Positions 9,396-18,203 of a stretch of DNA of 64,000 bases are shown here, piece after piece. The stretch spans positions 42,232 through 106,231 of the forward strand of contig WGFU01000022.1 of the NCBI GenBank assembly GCA_015492075.1, in the 5' to 3' direction. This stretch comes from Gammaproteobacteria bacterium. GTDB lineage: Bacteria; Pseudomonadota; Gammaproteobacteria; GCA-2400775. Within the stretch, counting starts at the first letter, position 1. Each line of letters opens with the position of its first letter. The position numbers and the translations under genes were made by a program. The notes below the pieces were generated by a model. It was given only the letters and a program-made list of their open reading frames with translations. It had not been told where the DNA came from and made no database searches.

Positions 9396-9986
9396 ATGGC
9401 GGCAGCGACGATTATTGATCTGATGCGCCACGGTGAACCGGTCGGTGGCAGTCGTTATCGCGGCCAGATCGACGATCCGCTGAGCGATTTGGGCTGGCAG
9501 CAAATGCACAATGCGGTGCCGGACGATCCCCCCTGGCAAAGCATCATCACTTCGCCCTTGATTCGTTGCTGCGCATTCGCCGAAGAATTGGCATGCGCTC
9601 ATGGCTTGTCGCTGGTGACTGACGATCGTTTCAAGGAAATTGGTTTTGGTGTCTGGGAAGGTATGACGCGTGATCAGTTGCGCGCCGATGACCCACATAT
9701 TCTGCAACGCTTTTTTAGTGACCCGATTGCAAACCGGCCGCAGGGTGCAGAAGCGCTTACCGATTTTCTGCAACGCATCAGAGCTGCCATTGACGATGTG
9801 GTGAGTGGCTACTCAGGACAGCATGTTTTAGTCATTGCGCACGCTGGTGTGATTCGTGCCGCAATCAGCTATGCGCTGGGTTCACCTATTGAAAATATGT
9901 TTCGTATAAAAGTTAGCAACGCCGCAATAACGCGCCTACAGTTTACGCCAGGCTCGCCTGCAAACTTGCTGTTTCACCAGGGATAA
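9396..9986 (+). CDS. histidine phosphatase family protein (alpha-ribazole phosphatase CobC-like)
   Basis: RHG catalytic motif (IIDLMRHGEP) and a second His motif (VIAHAGVIR). Its neighbours are cobalamin genes. Confidence 0.65.
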   Translation: MAAATIIDLMRHGEPVGGSRYRGQIDDPLSDLGWQQMHNAVPDDPPWQSIITSPLIRCCAFAEELACAHGLSLVTDDRFKEIGFGVWEGMTRDQLRADDPHILQRFFSDPIANRPQGAEALTDFLQRIRAAIDDVVSGYSGQHVLVIAHAGVIRAAISYALGSPIENMFRIKVSNAAITRLQFTPGSPANLLFHQG

Positions 9987-10062
9987 TGGCTGCTTAGTCG
10001 GAGCTGAAGCGGCTAGGAAGGTAAAACAGCCTTGGTATGCAATTTTCTCATGGTTCTTTAGG

Positions 10063-10608
10063 TCACTGTTCTCTTTGCCAATAAATTTCGTCACGACCTT
10101 CGGATCGCGTCAATATACGCGCAATGACAAAGAGCAAATCAGATAAGCGATTCAAATAGCGCAGCGCATGAGGGTTGACCGGCTCTTTCCTGCTTAGCGT
10201 AACCAAGGAACGTTCACTGCGTCGACAGACGGCACGTGCAACATGGCAATGTGCGGCAGCGGCGCTGCCTCCGGGGAGAATAAATTCCTTTAGCGGGGGC
10301 AGCGCTTCGTTAAACGCATCAATTTGGTGCTCAAGTTGCTTGACATGTTCTGGCGTCAGCATCGTATGGCCAGGAATACATAGTTCGCCACCCAAATCAA
10401 ACAAACGGTGTTGTATCAGCGATAAACATTTCTGCACATTGTCAGCAATGCTGTAAGTTAGCACCACGCCGATCAAAGCATTGGTTTCATCTACAGACCC
10501 GTAACAATCGACGCGTATATGATCCTTACTGACACGCGTACCGTCACCAAGACCGGTGCTGCCGTCGTCACCGGTACAAGTATAGATTTTGGTAAGTCGG
10601 TTTGCCAT
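10063..10608 (-). CDS. PduO-type ATP:cob(I)alamin adenosyltransferase
   Basis: N-terminus IYTCTGDDGSTGLGDGTRVSKD...VDETNALIGV is the PduO-type signature. About 181 aa. It sits 30 nt downstream of btuB on the same strand. Confidence 0.85.
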   Translation of the reverse strand: MANRLTKIYTCTGDDGSTGLGDGTRVSKDHIRVDCYGSVDETNALIGVVLTYSIADNVQKCLSLIQHRLFDLGGELCIPGHTMLTPEHVKQLEHQIDAFNEALPPLKEFILPGGSAAAAHCHVARAVCRRSERSLVTLSRKEPVNPHALRYLNRLSDLLFVIARILTRSEGRDEIYWQREQ

Positions 10609-10637
10609 CGATGTGGGGGAAAGACCCGTAGTGCTAG

Positions 10638-12467
10638 TTATGTTGCCGGTGAGTAGCGAAACTCAAAAAATAGGCCTCGGCCTGCAGTATTAAAATTATC
10701 CGCCAATTCATATTCTTTATCAAATAGGTTCTCGACTTTAAGACTGATAGCATATTCTGTTGTTATTCGATAAGTGGCGCCAGTGTTGACGAGCAAGTAA
10801 CCAGCATTCTCGTTGCTACTGAAGTCGGAGTCATTGCGCCGACTGGTCAATAAAAAGTCGCCGCCTAACTGAAATTTACCGACATTGTAATCGACTTGCG
10901 CACTTAAACTGCGTTTTGCGCGGCGCGCCAGGACACGATTGGTGTCATCGTTGAGAGGGTTTTGAATAATGGCATCAACAGAGTAATTCCAATTACCCTG
11001 ATTGCCTTGGCAGCCAAGCTCTAAGCCTTCAATGGTCGCCTCGTCAACATTGATGTTAGTGCCGGCTACACCGACACCAAAGCCGTCGGGGTCGATAAAA
11101 CTTATGAGGTCACTGATTTTGTTACGGAAAGCGCCTATACGCAACGAGTGCCCAGCGTTTATTCGATGTTTCATGCCAATCTCGATGTTGCGCGAACGTT
11201 CCGGGTCAAGGTTGGTATTACCGCCAAAACCAAAGCGATCTGTGGCATCTGGTGCGCGAAATGCCGTTCCGGCACTGGCGCTGATGCGTGTACTTGGATT
11301 TATCTGGATACCGTACTCAGTGCTCCAGGTAAATTCACCGCCAAAATCGCTATGTTCTGTATGACGCACACCGAGTATGAGTTGATGGTTGCCCACGGTG
11401 ATTTGATCCTGGATATAAAGATCGTCAGTGTCGGTATCCTGGTTAAAGGCACTACCAAAGGAAAGCGCTTGGTTATTTTCGCGCGATAGCACCACCCCGG
11501 CGGTCAGCATCTGTATATTGCCGATAGCAAAGTTGTTCTGCCAGTCTAATATGTTGGCATCAGTTTTGACAAAATCGTTGCTCTGATTTTGGTCGATATC
11601 GTCTTTAATTTTGCTGAGTTTTAGTGTTGAATCAAAAAAATCACTGGCTGCAAGTTCAAGTTTAAGTGTCGTTACACTGTTGATTTGATCCTGGTCGAGT
11701 GGCGACAGGGAGAAATTCAGATACTCGGTATTGCCTTTCGATGACCAATGGTTTAATTCTATATCGACAGTGTCTGTACTGATACCTGTATAAGCGTTGA
11801 TAGAGCGATTATTGTATCCGCGATCAAGATCAGACTGCTGTCTGGTAGGGAATCCATCGCTACTGATTAAATTCAGATCGAGGCCAAGGCGTAATGCTTC
11901 GTCGCTGTAGTGCAGGCTGGTATTGCCTTGTTTGGTGTTGTAGCGACCGTTGGAGAAGCGAACGGAAGCCTGGCTGCCACGGTCTTGGCTGCGCCGCGTG
12001 ATGATGTTGATAACGCCACCAATAGCATTGGATCCATAAAGTACCGAGCGCGGGCCTTTTACGATTTCGATACGTTCTATCAAGTCCGGGTGGATGTTTT
12101 GTATGGCTGCGCCGCCAATGGTGCCCGGGTTGATACGTACTCCGTCGATAAGCACCAAAGTATGATTGCTTTCCGTGCCGCGAATAAAGACCGATGTTGC
12201 CTGTCCCGATCCGCCATTGCGACCAATATCAATTCCGGCGTGGAAGCGCAATAAATCCGCTGCATCAACAGCTTGGCTGCGCTCAATATCTTTACGGTCA
12301 ATAATAATAGTTGGCGCTATTGTCTGATCAAGAGTTTGCGCTGTACGTGTTGCGCTAACAACGATTTTATCTAGTTGCACGGCGTCGTTAGCGGCGTAGA
12401 CTGGACTAGAGATAGCGGCCAAAGCTATATTGCCGGCAATCAGTGAGATAAAAAGACGATGCTTCAT
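10638..12467 (-). CDS. btuB: TonB-dependent vitamin B12 receptor BtuB
   Basis: Signal peptide MKHRLFISLIAGNIALAAISSPVYA. TonB box DKIVVSATR, plug plus beta-barrel, a cobalamin riboswitch immediately upstream. The ATG at 12465-12467 is preferred over the track start at 12500. Confidence 0.85.
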   Translation of the reverse strand: MKHRLFISLIAGNIALAAISSPVYAANDAVQLDKIVVSATRTAQTLDQTIAPTIIIDRKDIERSQAVDAADLLRFHAGIDIGRNGGSGQATSVFIRGTESNHTLVLIDGVRINPGTIGGAAIQNIHPDLIERIEIVKGPRSVLYGSNAIGGVINIITRRSQDRGSQASVRFSNGRYNTKQGNTSLHYSDEALRLGLDLNLISSDGFPTRQQSDLDRGYNNRSINAYTGISTDTVDIELNHWSSKGNTEYLNFSLSPLDQDQINSVTTLKLELAASDFFDSTLKLSKIKDDIDQNQSNDFVKTDANILDWQNNFAIGNIQMLTAGVVLSRENNQALSFGSAFNQDTDTDDLYIQDQITVGNHQLILGVRHTEHSDFGGEFTWSTEYGIQINPSTRISASAGTAFRAPDATDRFGFGGNTNLDPERSRNIEIGMKHRINAGHSLRIGAFRNKISDLISFIDPDGFGVGVAGTNINVDEATIEGLELGCQGNQGNWNYSVDAIIQNPLNDDTNRVLARRAKRSLSAQVDYNVGKFQLGGDFLLTSRRNDSDFSSNENAGYLLVNTGATYRITTEYAISLKVENLFDKEYELADNFNTAGRGLFFEFRYSPAT

Positions 12468-12471
12468 TTTT

Positions 12472-12523
12472 CTTGTTTCCTTATGCACACACCCGTGCAT
12501 GGTTTGAGCGCGAAGGAAACAAG
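12472..12523 (-). promoter_or_regulatory. Shine-Dalgarno sequestering helix of the btuB leader
   Basis: On the minus-strand RNA, cttgtttcctt (12523->12513) is perfectly complementary (11 bp) to aaggaaacaag (12482->12472). That second arm contains the btuB RBS, 4 nt before the ATG. Confidence 0.6.
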
Positions 12524-12584
12524 TACGAAAGAGGTGGCTCTATCGCTTCGTGTTGCCCTCCGCAACAGTCGCTGACGAATGACT

Positions 12585-12775
12585 TCGGGCCGGTCTCCGG
12601 ACTCGCGAGTGTGTGATCATCAGGCGCCTTCCCATGCTTGCGCACAGTGACATATTGCCTGCATAACTCGCTTACCGTTGCGGGGGCAGTGTCGGAATTG
12701 TCTAACCAAAATTAGACTCACCGACTTCCCGTTTAACTTCGGTCGCGCTGAACGACTGAAGCACCAGAAGTAAAC
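12585..12775 (-). promoter_or_regulatory. cobalamin (AdoCbl) riboswitch aptamer
   Basis: The minus strand contains aaacgggaagtcggtga, ctgcccccgcaacggtaagc and the B12 box agtccggagaccggcc (12603->12588), in the canonical order upstream of btuB. Confidence 0.85.
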
Positions 12776-12786
12776 TTGAGGCGGTC

Positions 12787-12814
12787 ACTATAATTGATTG
12801 CCGCCAAAAATCAA
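12787..12814 (-). promoter_or_regulatory. candidate sigma-70 promoter of the btuB leader
   Basis: Minus strand reads TTGATT (12814->12809), a 16-nt spacer, then TATAGT (12792->12787), just upstream of the riboswitch. Confidence 0.4.
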
Positions 12815-12845
12815 GCTGCATGGCTCTTCGCTTGAGGGTTTGATG

Positions 12846-13496
12846 CTAGGGCGAGATGGGTGCAGGCAAATCGATGCCTTCAAGCAGGGCGAGGTCGCAA
12901 GGATGGTCGACATCATTCAAGGCGGTTTTTGCTTGCCAGCGCCAAGCCAGCGACTCGAGCCGGGCCAGCGTCTGCTCATAAACTGAGGCGCTGCCCCATC
13001 GAATGCCGTCAAATAAGGCCGCGTTACTTTGTTTAAGGCCGAGCATGACATAGCCACCGTCTGTTGCAGGGGTGATGACGCAATCATATCCGGTACCCAG
13101 TGAAGCAAAGGTATCGGCCAGATGCCGACGAGTCAGTTGCGGGCAATCGGTACCGACAATAAGGCAGGATTGACTTCGCGTCAGCACATTTTCCAGCGCA
13201 TGATGCATGCGTTGTCCGAGGTCGTCGCCGACCTGCTCATGCAGCGATAACGGGTAGTTTTCACGGCAGTACTGAAAAAAAGGATGCGAACTATCAGGTG
13301 CGCACCATAGTTCCACCGTTGCAACCGGCTCCTCTGTGGCCATGTCCAGCGTCCGCAACACCAGTTGTTGATGCAGTGCAGCGGCTGCGGCCGGGCTGAG
13401 CTGCGTGGTGAGGCGTGTCTTGACCTTGCCCGCTTCGGGGGCTTTGGCAAAAATAATAATAGTGGCCGGATTGGCTGTAGATAAAGTGGGGGGCAT
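12846..13496 (-). CDS. DUF2064-type transferase (the rSAM/ArsS-associated 'transferase 1' family as I recall it)
   Basis: N-terminus IIIFAKAPEAGKVKTRL is a nucleotidyl-transferase-like (CofC/MobA-type) signature. It is the last gene of the arsS-arsM operon. Confidence 0.6.
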   Translation of the reverse strand: MPPTLSTANPATIIIFAKAPEAGKVKTRLTTQLSPAAAAALHQQLVLRTLDMATEEPVATVELWCAPDSSHPFFQYCRENYPLSLHEQVGDDLGQRMHHALENVLTRSQSCLIVGTDCPQLTRRHLADTFASLGTGYDCVITPATDGGYVMLGLKQSNAALFDGIRWGSASVYEQTLARLESLAWRWQAKTALNDVDHPCDLALLEGIDLPAPISP

Positions 13497-13520
13497 AGGT
13501 GTTAATGAAAAAGCTGCATT

Positions 13521-14201
13521 TTAACTGTCATACTGGCGTTTGAGTTGCTGCGGGTCTGCACCAAAGAAGTAGGCCAGCCGTAGTCGCCACATAAGCAGTA
13601 TCGTGCGCCAGACACCTTGTTGTTCCCAGCGGCGGCTTGAGGTAATGACCTTCTCGGGCAGGTGTATGGGTTTTGAGTGCTGTTTCAGTCGTTTACTCAG
13701 GCCGATGTCCTCCATCAGCGCGATATCGGGGAAACCGTCGATTTTCTCAAATAACCCACGTCGTACGAATATGGCTTGATCGCCTGTGGCGATAGCGCTA
13801 AGACGCGAGCGTTGGTTCATCATGAATTCGACCAGGCGTAGGCAGAGTTGCTCGCCGCTAAGGCGCACATCAAATCGTCCCCATTGTCGGCTTGATTGCG
13901 ACAGTTTATCGACGATGAGTTTGTCAGCAGCTTCAGGTAAGCGGGTGTCGGCATGTAAAAAAAGCAATACATCGGCGTCATCGGCCAGTTGGGCGCCATG
14001 ATTCATTTGTCGTGCCCTGCCGCGCTGACAACTGACCACCTGGCTTGCCAATGGCGCAGCCAGCGCGGCAGTATTGTCGTCGCTATGGCCGTCGACAACG
14101 ATAATTTGATGACCGTTATGACGCAGTGTCTGCAAGCGTGCGAGGGTGGTCGTAATATGTGCTGCCTCGTTCAGGCAAGGAACAATAAGAGCAATACGCA
14201 T
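13521..14201 (-). CDS. family-2 (GT-A) glycosyltransferase (the rSAM/ArsS-associated 'transferase 2' family as I recall it)
   Basis: IALIVPCLNEA....IIVVDGHSDDNT and FLHADT are GT2 signatures. It lies 30 nt after arsM. Confidence 0.65.
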   Translation of the reverse strand: MRIALIVPCLNEAAHITTTLARLQTLRHNGHQIIVVDGHSDDNTAALAAPLASQVVSCQRGRARQMNHGAQLADDADVLLFLHADTRLPEAADKLIVDKLSQSSRQWGRFDVRLSGEQLCLRLVEFMMNQRSRLSAIATGDQAIFVRRGLFEKIDGFPDIALMEDIGLSKRLKQHSKPIHLPEKVITSSRRWEQQGVWRTILLMWRLRLAYFFGADPQQLKRQYDS

Positions 14202-14231
14202 AGCAGCTGGAGCGTTTGTAATGAGTCCGGC

Positions 14232-15317
14232 TCAGGGTGTCGCCTGGCAGCAATCGCTTTTTTCGTTGGCAGCCGGGGCACAACAGCTCGCGCTTGCTAT
14301 AGTACTGCCCGAGGACGGACTGCAATCGATAAACTGGTTTTGGTAGGCACTGCTGGTCAGTGCAGCATAGCTGGTAGCGTTAATGCCAGTTTTTTCTCCG
14401 CGCATGAATATATTACCGTGATCATCACAGACTTGTGCGAATGGACCCTGGTAAATCAGCTCATGAGCTCTATGGCTATTATTCGCTAACGGCTTGCTGG
14501 CGGTCAGTGTGACAGAGCGAAACTCGATGCCTTCAACTGTCTGCCAGGGTGTGGTATCCCATTTGTCATAACAGGCACCGACAAAGCCAGCATCGATAAA
14601 GACTTGGGCAAATTCCTGTTCCTGGAAGGCGCCAGAGATACAGCCGCTCCACAACTCTGGGTTGGCTTTCAGGTGCTCAGGCACAGTTTGATCGCTGACA
14701 ATGTCAGAGATGGCGATACGGCCACCTGGTTTGAGTACACGAAAAATCTCGTTAATAAGTTGTGTTTTCTCGGCATCACTAACCAGGTTGAGCACGCAGT
14801 TGGAAATGACTAAATCGACAGTGTTGTCAGCAATTAATGGCGCCTCGTGTTTTTGTTTGGCCTGCCAGGCGAGCATGTCATGATAGGCATTGGCGCTGTT
14901 GGCCGGGTGTTCGCTGAGGTATTTATCGAGCGCATCGAGATCGAGCGCCAGGTCCTGAATATAGCCTTTGACAAAGCGAACCCGATCAGCACCGATTTTT
15001 TCAGCCATTTCGCTTTGGTATTTTCTTGCCAGGCAGAGCATGTCGTCGTTCATGTCGATACCGATAACCTGGCCGCTTTCGCCGGCGAGGTGGGCTGCCA
15101 TATAGCAGATTTTGCCGCCGCCGCTGCCAAGGTCGACGACGGTGTCGCCCTCACGTACATAACGTGATGGGTCGCCACAACCGTAATCTTTTTCAATAAT
15201 TTCCTGCGGTAACATTTTCAGTAAACTGGTGTCGTAATCGACCGGGCAGCAGAGTTCAGCCTGGACCTCTTTGGCGCCCTCAGAATAGGTGGTGAGAACG
15301 GCAGACTGTATATTCAT
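14232..15317 (-). CDS. arsM: arsenite S-adenosylmethionine methyltransferase ArsM-like
   Basis: SAM motif VVDLGSGGG. Cysteines occur in the contexts ELCCPVDY, YGCGDP, SNCVLNL and SGCISGA, matching the As(III)-binding Cys contexts of characterised ArsMs. There is an extra Cys-rich C-terminal tail. Confidence 0.75.
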   Translation of the reverse strand: MNIQSAVLTTYSEGAKEVQAELCCPVDYDTSLLKMLPQEIIEKDYGCGDPSRYVREGDTVVDLGSGGGKICYMAAHLAGESGQVIGIDMNDDMLCLARKYQSEMAEKIGADRVRFVKGYIQDLALDLDALDKYLSEHPANSANAYHDMLAWQAKQKHEAPLIADNTVDLVISNCVLNLVSDAEKTQLINEIFRVLKPGGRIAISDIVSDQTVPEHLKANPELWSGCISGAFQEQEFAQVFIDAGFVGACYDKWDTTPWQTVEGIEFRSVTLTASKPLANNSHRAHELIYQGPFAQVCDDHGNIFMRGEKTGINATSYAALTSSAYQNQFIDCSPSSGSTIASASCCAPAANEKSDCCQATP

Positions 15318-15364
15318 GATAAAAACTCCATAATATCAACTAGTTATCTATAAGGCGATTAAAG

Positions 15365-16348
15365 CTAGGCGGCGTTGAGTGCGCCACTGCAACTGCTGCC
15401 TTGGCCGGCAGTGCAAGCGTAACAATGATTTTTGACGACGATACTTCTGCCTCGTAACGTGCCCCCGGGACACAAGGTATCGTCCATCAGTTCGGAAATA
15501 TGGGTGCTTTTTTTCTCATTAGATAGGGGCAACCCCAGCATTTGGTTGAAGTCACAGTCGTAGATGTAACCTTGCCAATCAATGCTGATCAACGATTTGC
15601 ACATGACAGATGAGAGATTGTCCGCATTGTGTGCAGAACGCAGCAGCGCCATGTACTCATCGAAGGTGCCTTGAGATACCAGCATGCTGCCAAAGCGTTT
15701 GATCGGCATATTGGCAACAGTATAGAGCTGGTTAAAGACAATGCCAAAGTGCTCAAAAAGATGATGGTGGTAGTCGGCTTCCAGCTCTTTTTGCGGTGGT
15801 GGCAACGTTGCCCCTTGAGGGTTGTAGACGAGGTCAAGCGTTAAATCGCTATCAGCCTTGCCGTAGCCGAGCGCATTGAGCGCTTGCAGACCCTTGATGC
15901 TGGCATCAAATACGCCTTTGCCACGCTGGGCGTCGACATTGTCTTCCAGATAGCAGGGCAAGGAGGCGACGACGGTGACATCATTTTCGGCTAGAAACTC
16001 GGCGACTCCCGCATAACCTGGCTCGGACAAGATTGTCAGGTTGCAGCGATCAATGACTTTGAGGCCGAGGCCGCAAGCGGCTTTAATGAGATAACGAAAA
16101 TCGGGGTTCATTTCCGGTGCGCCACCAGTCAGATCAATAGTTTTAGCACCACACACCCTGAGATATTGCAAGACCATATCGATGGTCTCGCGGCTCATAA
16201 TTTCTTTGCGTGTCGGGCCGGCGTTGACGTGGCAATGCAAGCAACTGAGATTGCAGAGGTAACCGAGATTGATCTGAACGGTCTCTAGCGCCCCGCGGTG
16301 CAGGGCTGGAAAATCAGTGTGTTCAAGTCGGGGTAGGGTTGCGTGCAT
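15365..16348 (-). CDS. arsS: radical SAM / Cys-rich-domain protein ArsS-like (arsenosugar biosynthesis type)
   Basis: CNLSCLHC (CX3CX2C) at aa 32-39. C-terminal Cys-rich domain ending CYACTAGQGSSCSGAL. Directly upstream of arsM. Confidence 0.75.
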   Translation of the reverse strand: MHATLPRLEHTDFPALHRGALETVQINLGYLCNLSCLHCHVNAGPTRKEIMSRETIDMVLQYLRVCGAKTIDLTGGAPEMNPDFRYLIKAACGLGLKVIDRCNLTILSEPGYAGVAEFLAENDVTVVASLPCYLEDNVDAQRGKGVFDASIKGLQALNALGYGKADSDLTLDLVYNPQGATLPPPQKELEADYHHHLFEHFGIVFNQLYTVANMPIKRFGSMLVSQGTFDEYMALLRSAHNADNLSSVMCKSLISIDWQGYIYDCDFNQMLGLPLSNEKKSTHISELMDDTLCPGGTLRGRSIVVKNHCYACTAGQGSSCSGALNAA

Positions 16349-16768
16349 GGGTTCCTCATCAGATATCTGCCTACGCTACATTAGGCAAAACTGGCGATGC
16401 AGCTCAGTGTGCAAAGCTACATTGCTTATATTCAGCATCTTTCACAGGGTCGTAACAAGTTTTAAAACCTTACGATATTACCCTTATTAGCGTTGTTGCT
16501 CCAGTTGTGGCGCGCGCGGTAGGCTCGTTCAGGGCTAGCCTGGCATAGTGGCAGCAGCAGACAGGTCTCGGTGAATAGCGGCAATAGTTGCCCACTTGTC
16601 GCTGCTTGGCTATTATAGCGTGCTTTTGTGTCGGGCTTGGCGCGCACGCCGTCTTGCGGCGCGATAGCTCGGCCGTACATCTTCATTATTTTATTCTTTA
16701 CGCAATAATAGAAGTCTGCACGCGCTGAAGGTGACTTCGAAGTGCACGATTTTTTAGGAGGCATTTAC

Positions 16769-17911
16769 ATGTCAGTAAGACTAGGTGTCCTTGCCGAAAC
16801 GGCAATGGGTGAGCGCCGCGTTGCCTTGGTGCCTGACGTGGTCGCGCGTCTAGTCAAAAACGGTTACCAGGTATTGGTCGAGAAAGGGGCTGGAAAGTCG
16901 GCATATTTTGTCGATTTTGCTTATGAAGAGGCCGGTGCCAAGTTGATCGATAGCGCCAGCGAAGTCATAGCACAATCTGATTTGCTGCTCAAAGTTGCTC
17001 CTCCCAGCCTGGGCGAGATCAAGGCTATGCCAGAAGGTGGTGCGGTCATGGGCTATATGGACGCCTATCATAGTGCAGACCGCGTTAATGCCCTGTGTGA
17101 GCGTAAAATCACCGCATTTGCCATGGAATTGGTGCCGCGCATTACACGTGCCCAGTCCATTGATGCCTTGTCTTCGCAGGCGACGATTGCCGGTTACCGC
17201 GCTGCGTTGATCGGTGCCCAGCTCAGTGGTCGTTTCTTTCCTATGTTAACCACGGCGGCGGGCACCATTCGCCCGGCCAAAGTCTTGATCATGGGCGCGG
17301 GCGTTGCCGGTTTGCAGGCCATAGCCACTGCACGCCGTTTAGGTGCGGTGGTAGAAGCCTACGATGTGCGCCGGGCAGCGGGTGAGCAAGTGCAGTCCTT
17401 GGGCGCTAAGTTCGTGGCTTTGGAACTCGATGCCGAGGGTGAAGGCGGTTATGCGCGTGAACTCACCGCAGAAGAAAAAATAAAAGAGCAGGAGATGCTG
17501 AACAAGCATGTCTCGCAGGCCGATGTGGTCATTACGACTGCGCAGATACCCGGTCGCGCGGCACCAAAGCTTATCTCAAAAGAAATGGTCGAGGTTATGA
17601 AAGCGGGTTCTGTGATCGTTGATCTGGCGGCGGAAAGTGGCGGTAACTGCGAGCTGACTAAAGCCGGCGAAACGATAGACCATGGCGGTGTCATCGTTAA
17701 CGGTCCACTGGCAGTGGCCAGCAGCCTGCCAGTGCATGCCAGTGAGATGTATGCCAAAAACCTATTTAACTTCATTGCTTTGTTTGGTAACAAAGATGGC
17801 AAACTCGAATTCAACTGGCAAGATGAGGTGGTTGCTGGTAGTGCGCTAACGCACAACGGTGAAATCAAACATGAGTCTGTGCGTCAGGCTCTGACAGGGG
17901 CAAACTCATGA
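16769..17911 (+). CDS. pntAA: NAD(P) transhydrogenase subunit alpha part 1
   Basis: AlaDH/PNT N-terminal and NAD-binding domains (VLIMGAGVAGLQA). The ATG at 16769 is preceded by AGGAG at 16756-16760. The track start at 16742 is a GTG. Confidence 0.9.
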   Translation: MSVRLGVLAETAMGERRVALVPDVVARLVKNGYQVLVEKGAGKSAYFVDFAYEEAGAKLIDSASEVIAQSDLLLKVAPPSLGEIKAMPEGGAVMGYMDAYHSADRVNALCERKITAFAMELVPRITRAQSIDALSSQATIAGYRAALIGAQLSGRFFPMLTTAAGTIRPAKVLIMGAGVAGLQAIATARRLGAVVEAYDVRRAAGEQVQSLGAKFVALELDAEGEGGYARELTAEEKIKEQEMLNKHVSQADVVITTAQIPGRAAPKLISKEMVEVMKAGSVIVDLAAESGGNCELTKAGETIDHGGVIVNGPLAVASSLPVHASEMYAKNLFNFIALFGNKDGKLEFNWQDEVVAGSALTHNGEIKHESVRQALTGANS

Positions 17912-18201
17912 TAGAAGGCGTTTGGGCTGCACTATTTATTGTTATGTTGGCGGGCTTTGCCGGTTACGAGGTGATTAATCGTGTGCCGGTTATTTTACAT
18001 ACACCGTTGATGGCTGGCTCTAACTTCATCCACGGCATTGTGTTGGTGGGTGCCATGGTGGTGCTCGGCCACGCTGAAACCGGGCTGCAACAAGTTATCG
18101 GTTTTATCGCTGTTGCTTTGGCTGCGGGCAATGCTGCTGGTGGCTATGTGGCGACCGAGCGCATGCTCGAGATGTTTGAAGACAAGAATAAAAGGAAATA
18201 G
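17908..18201 (+). CDS. pntAB: NAD(P) transhydrogenase subunit alpha part 2 (membrane)
   Basis: 97-aa protein with 3 TM helices, a 4-bp overlap with pntAA, followed by pntB. Confidence 0.9.
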   Translation: MIEGVWAALFIVMLAGFAGYEVINRVPVILHTPLMAGSNFIHGIVLVGAMVVLGHAETGLQQVIGFIAVALAAGNAAGGYVATERMLEMFEDKNKRK

Positions 18202-18203
18202 TC

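Noticed and set aside
16462-16764. 100-aa minus-strand ORF in the arsS-pntA spacer
   Set aside because: No RBS and odd composition (Lys/Arg/Ala/Pro-rich). It would overlap the pntAA RBS and start region, so it is treated as non-coding.
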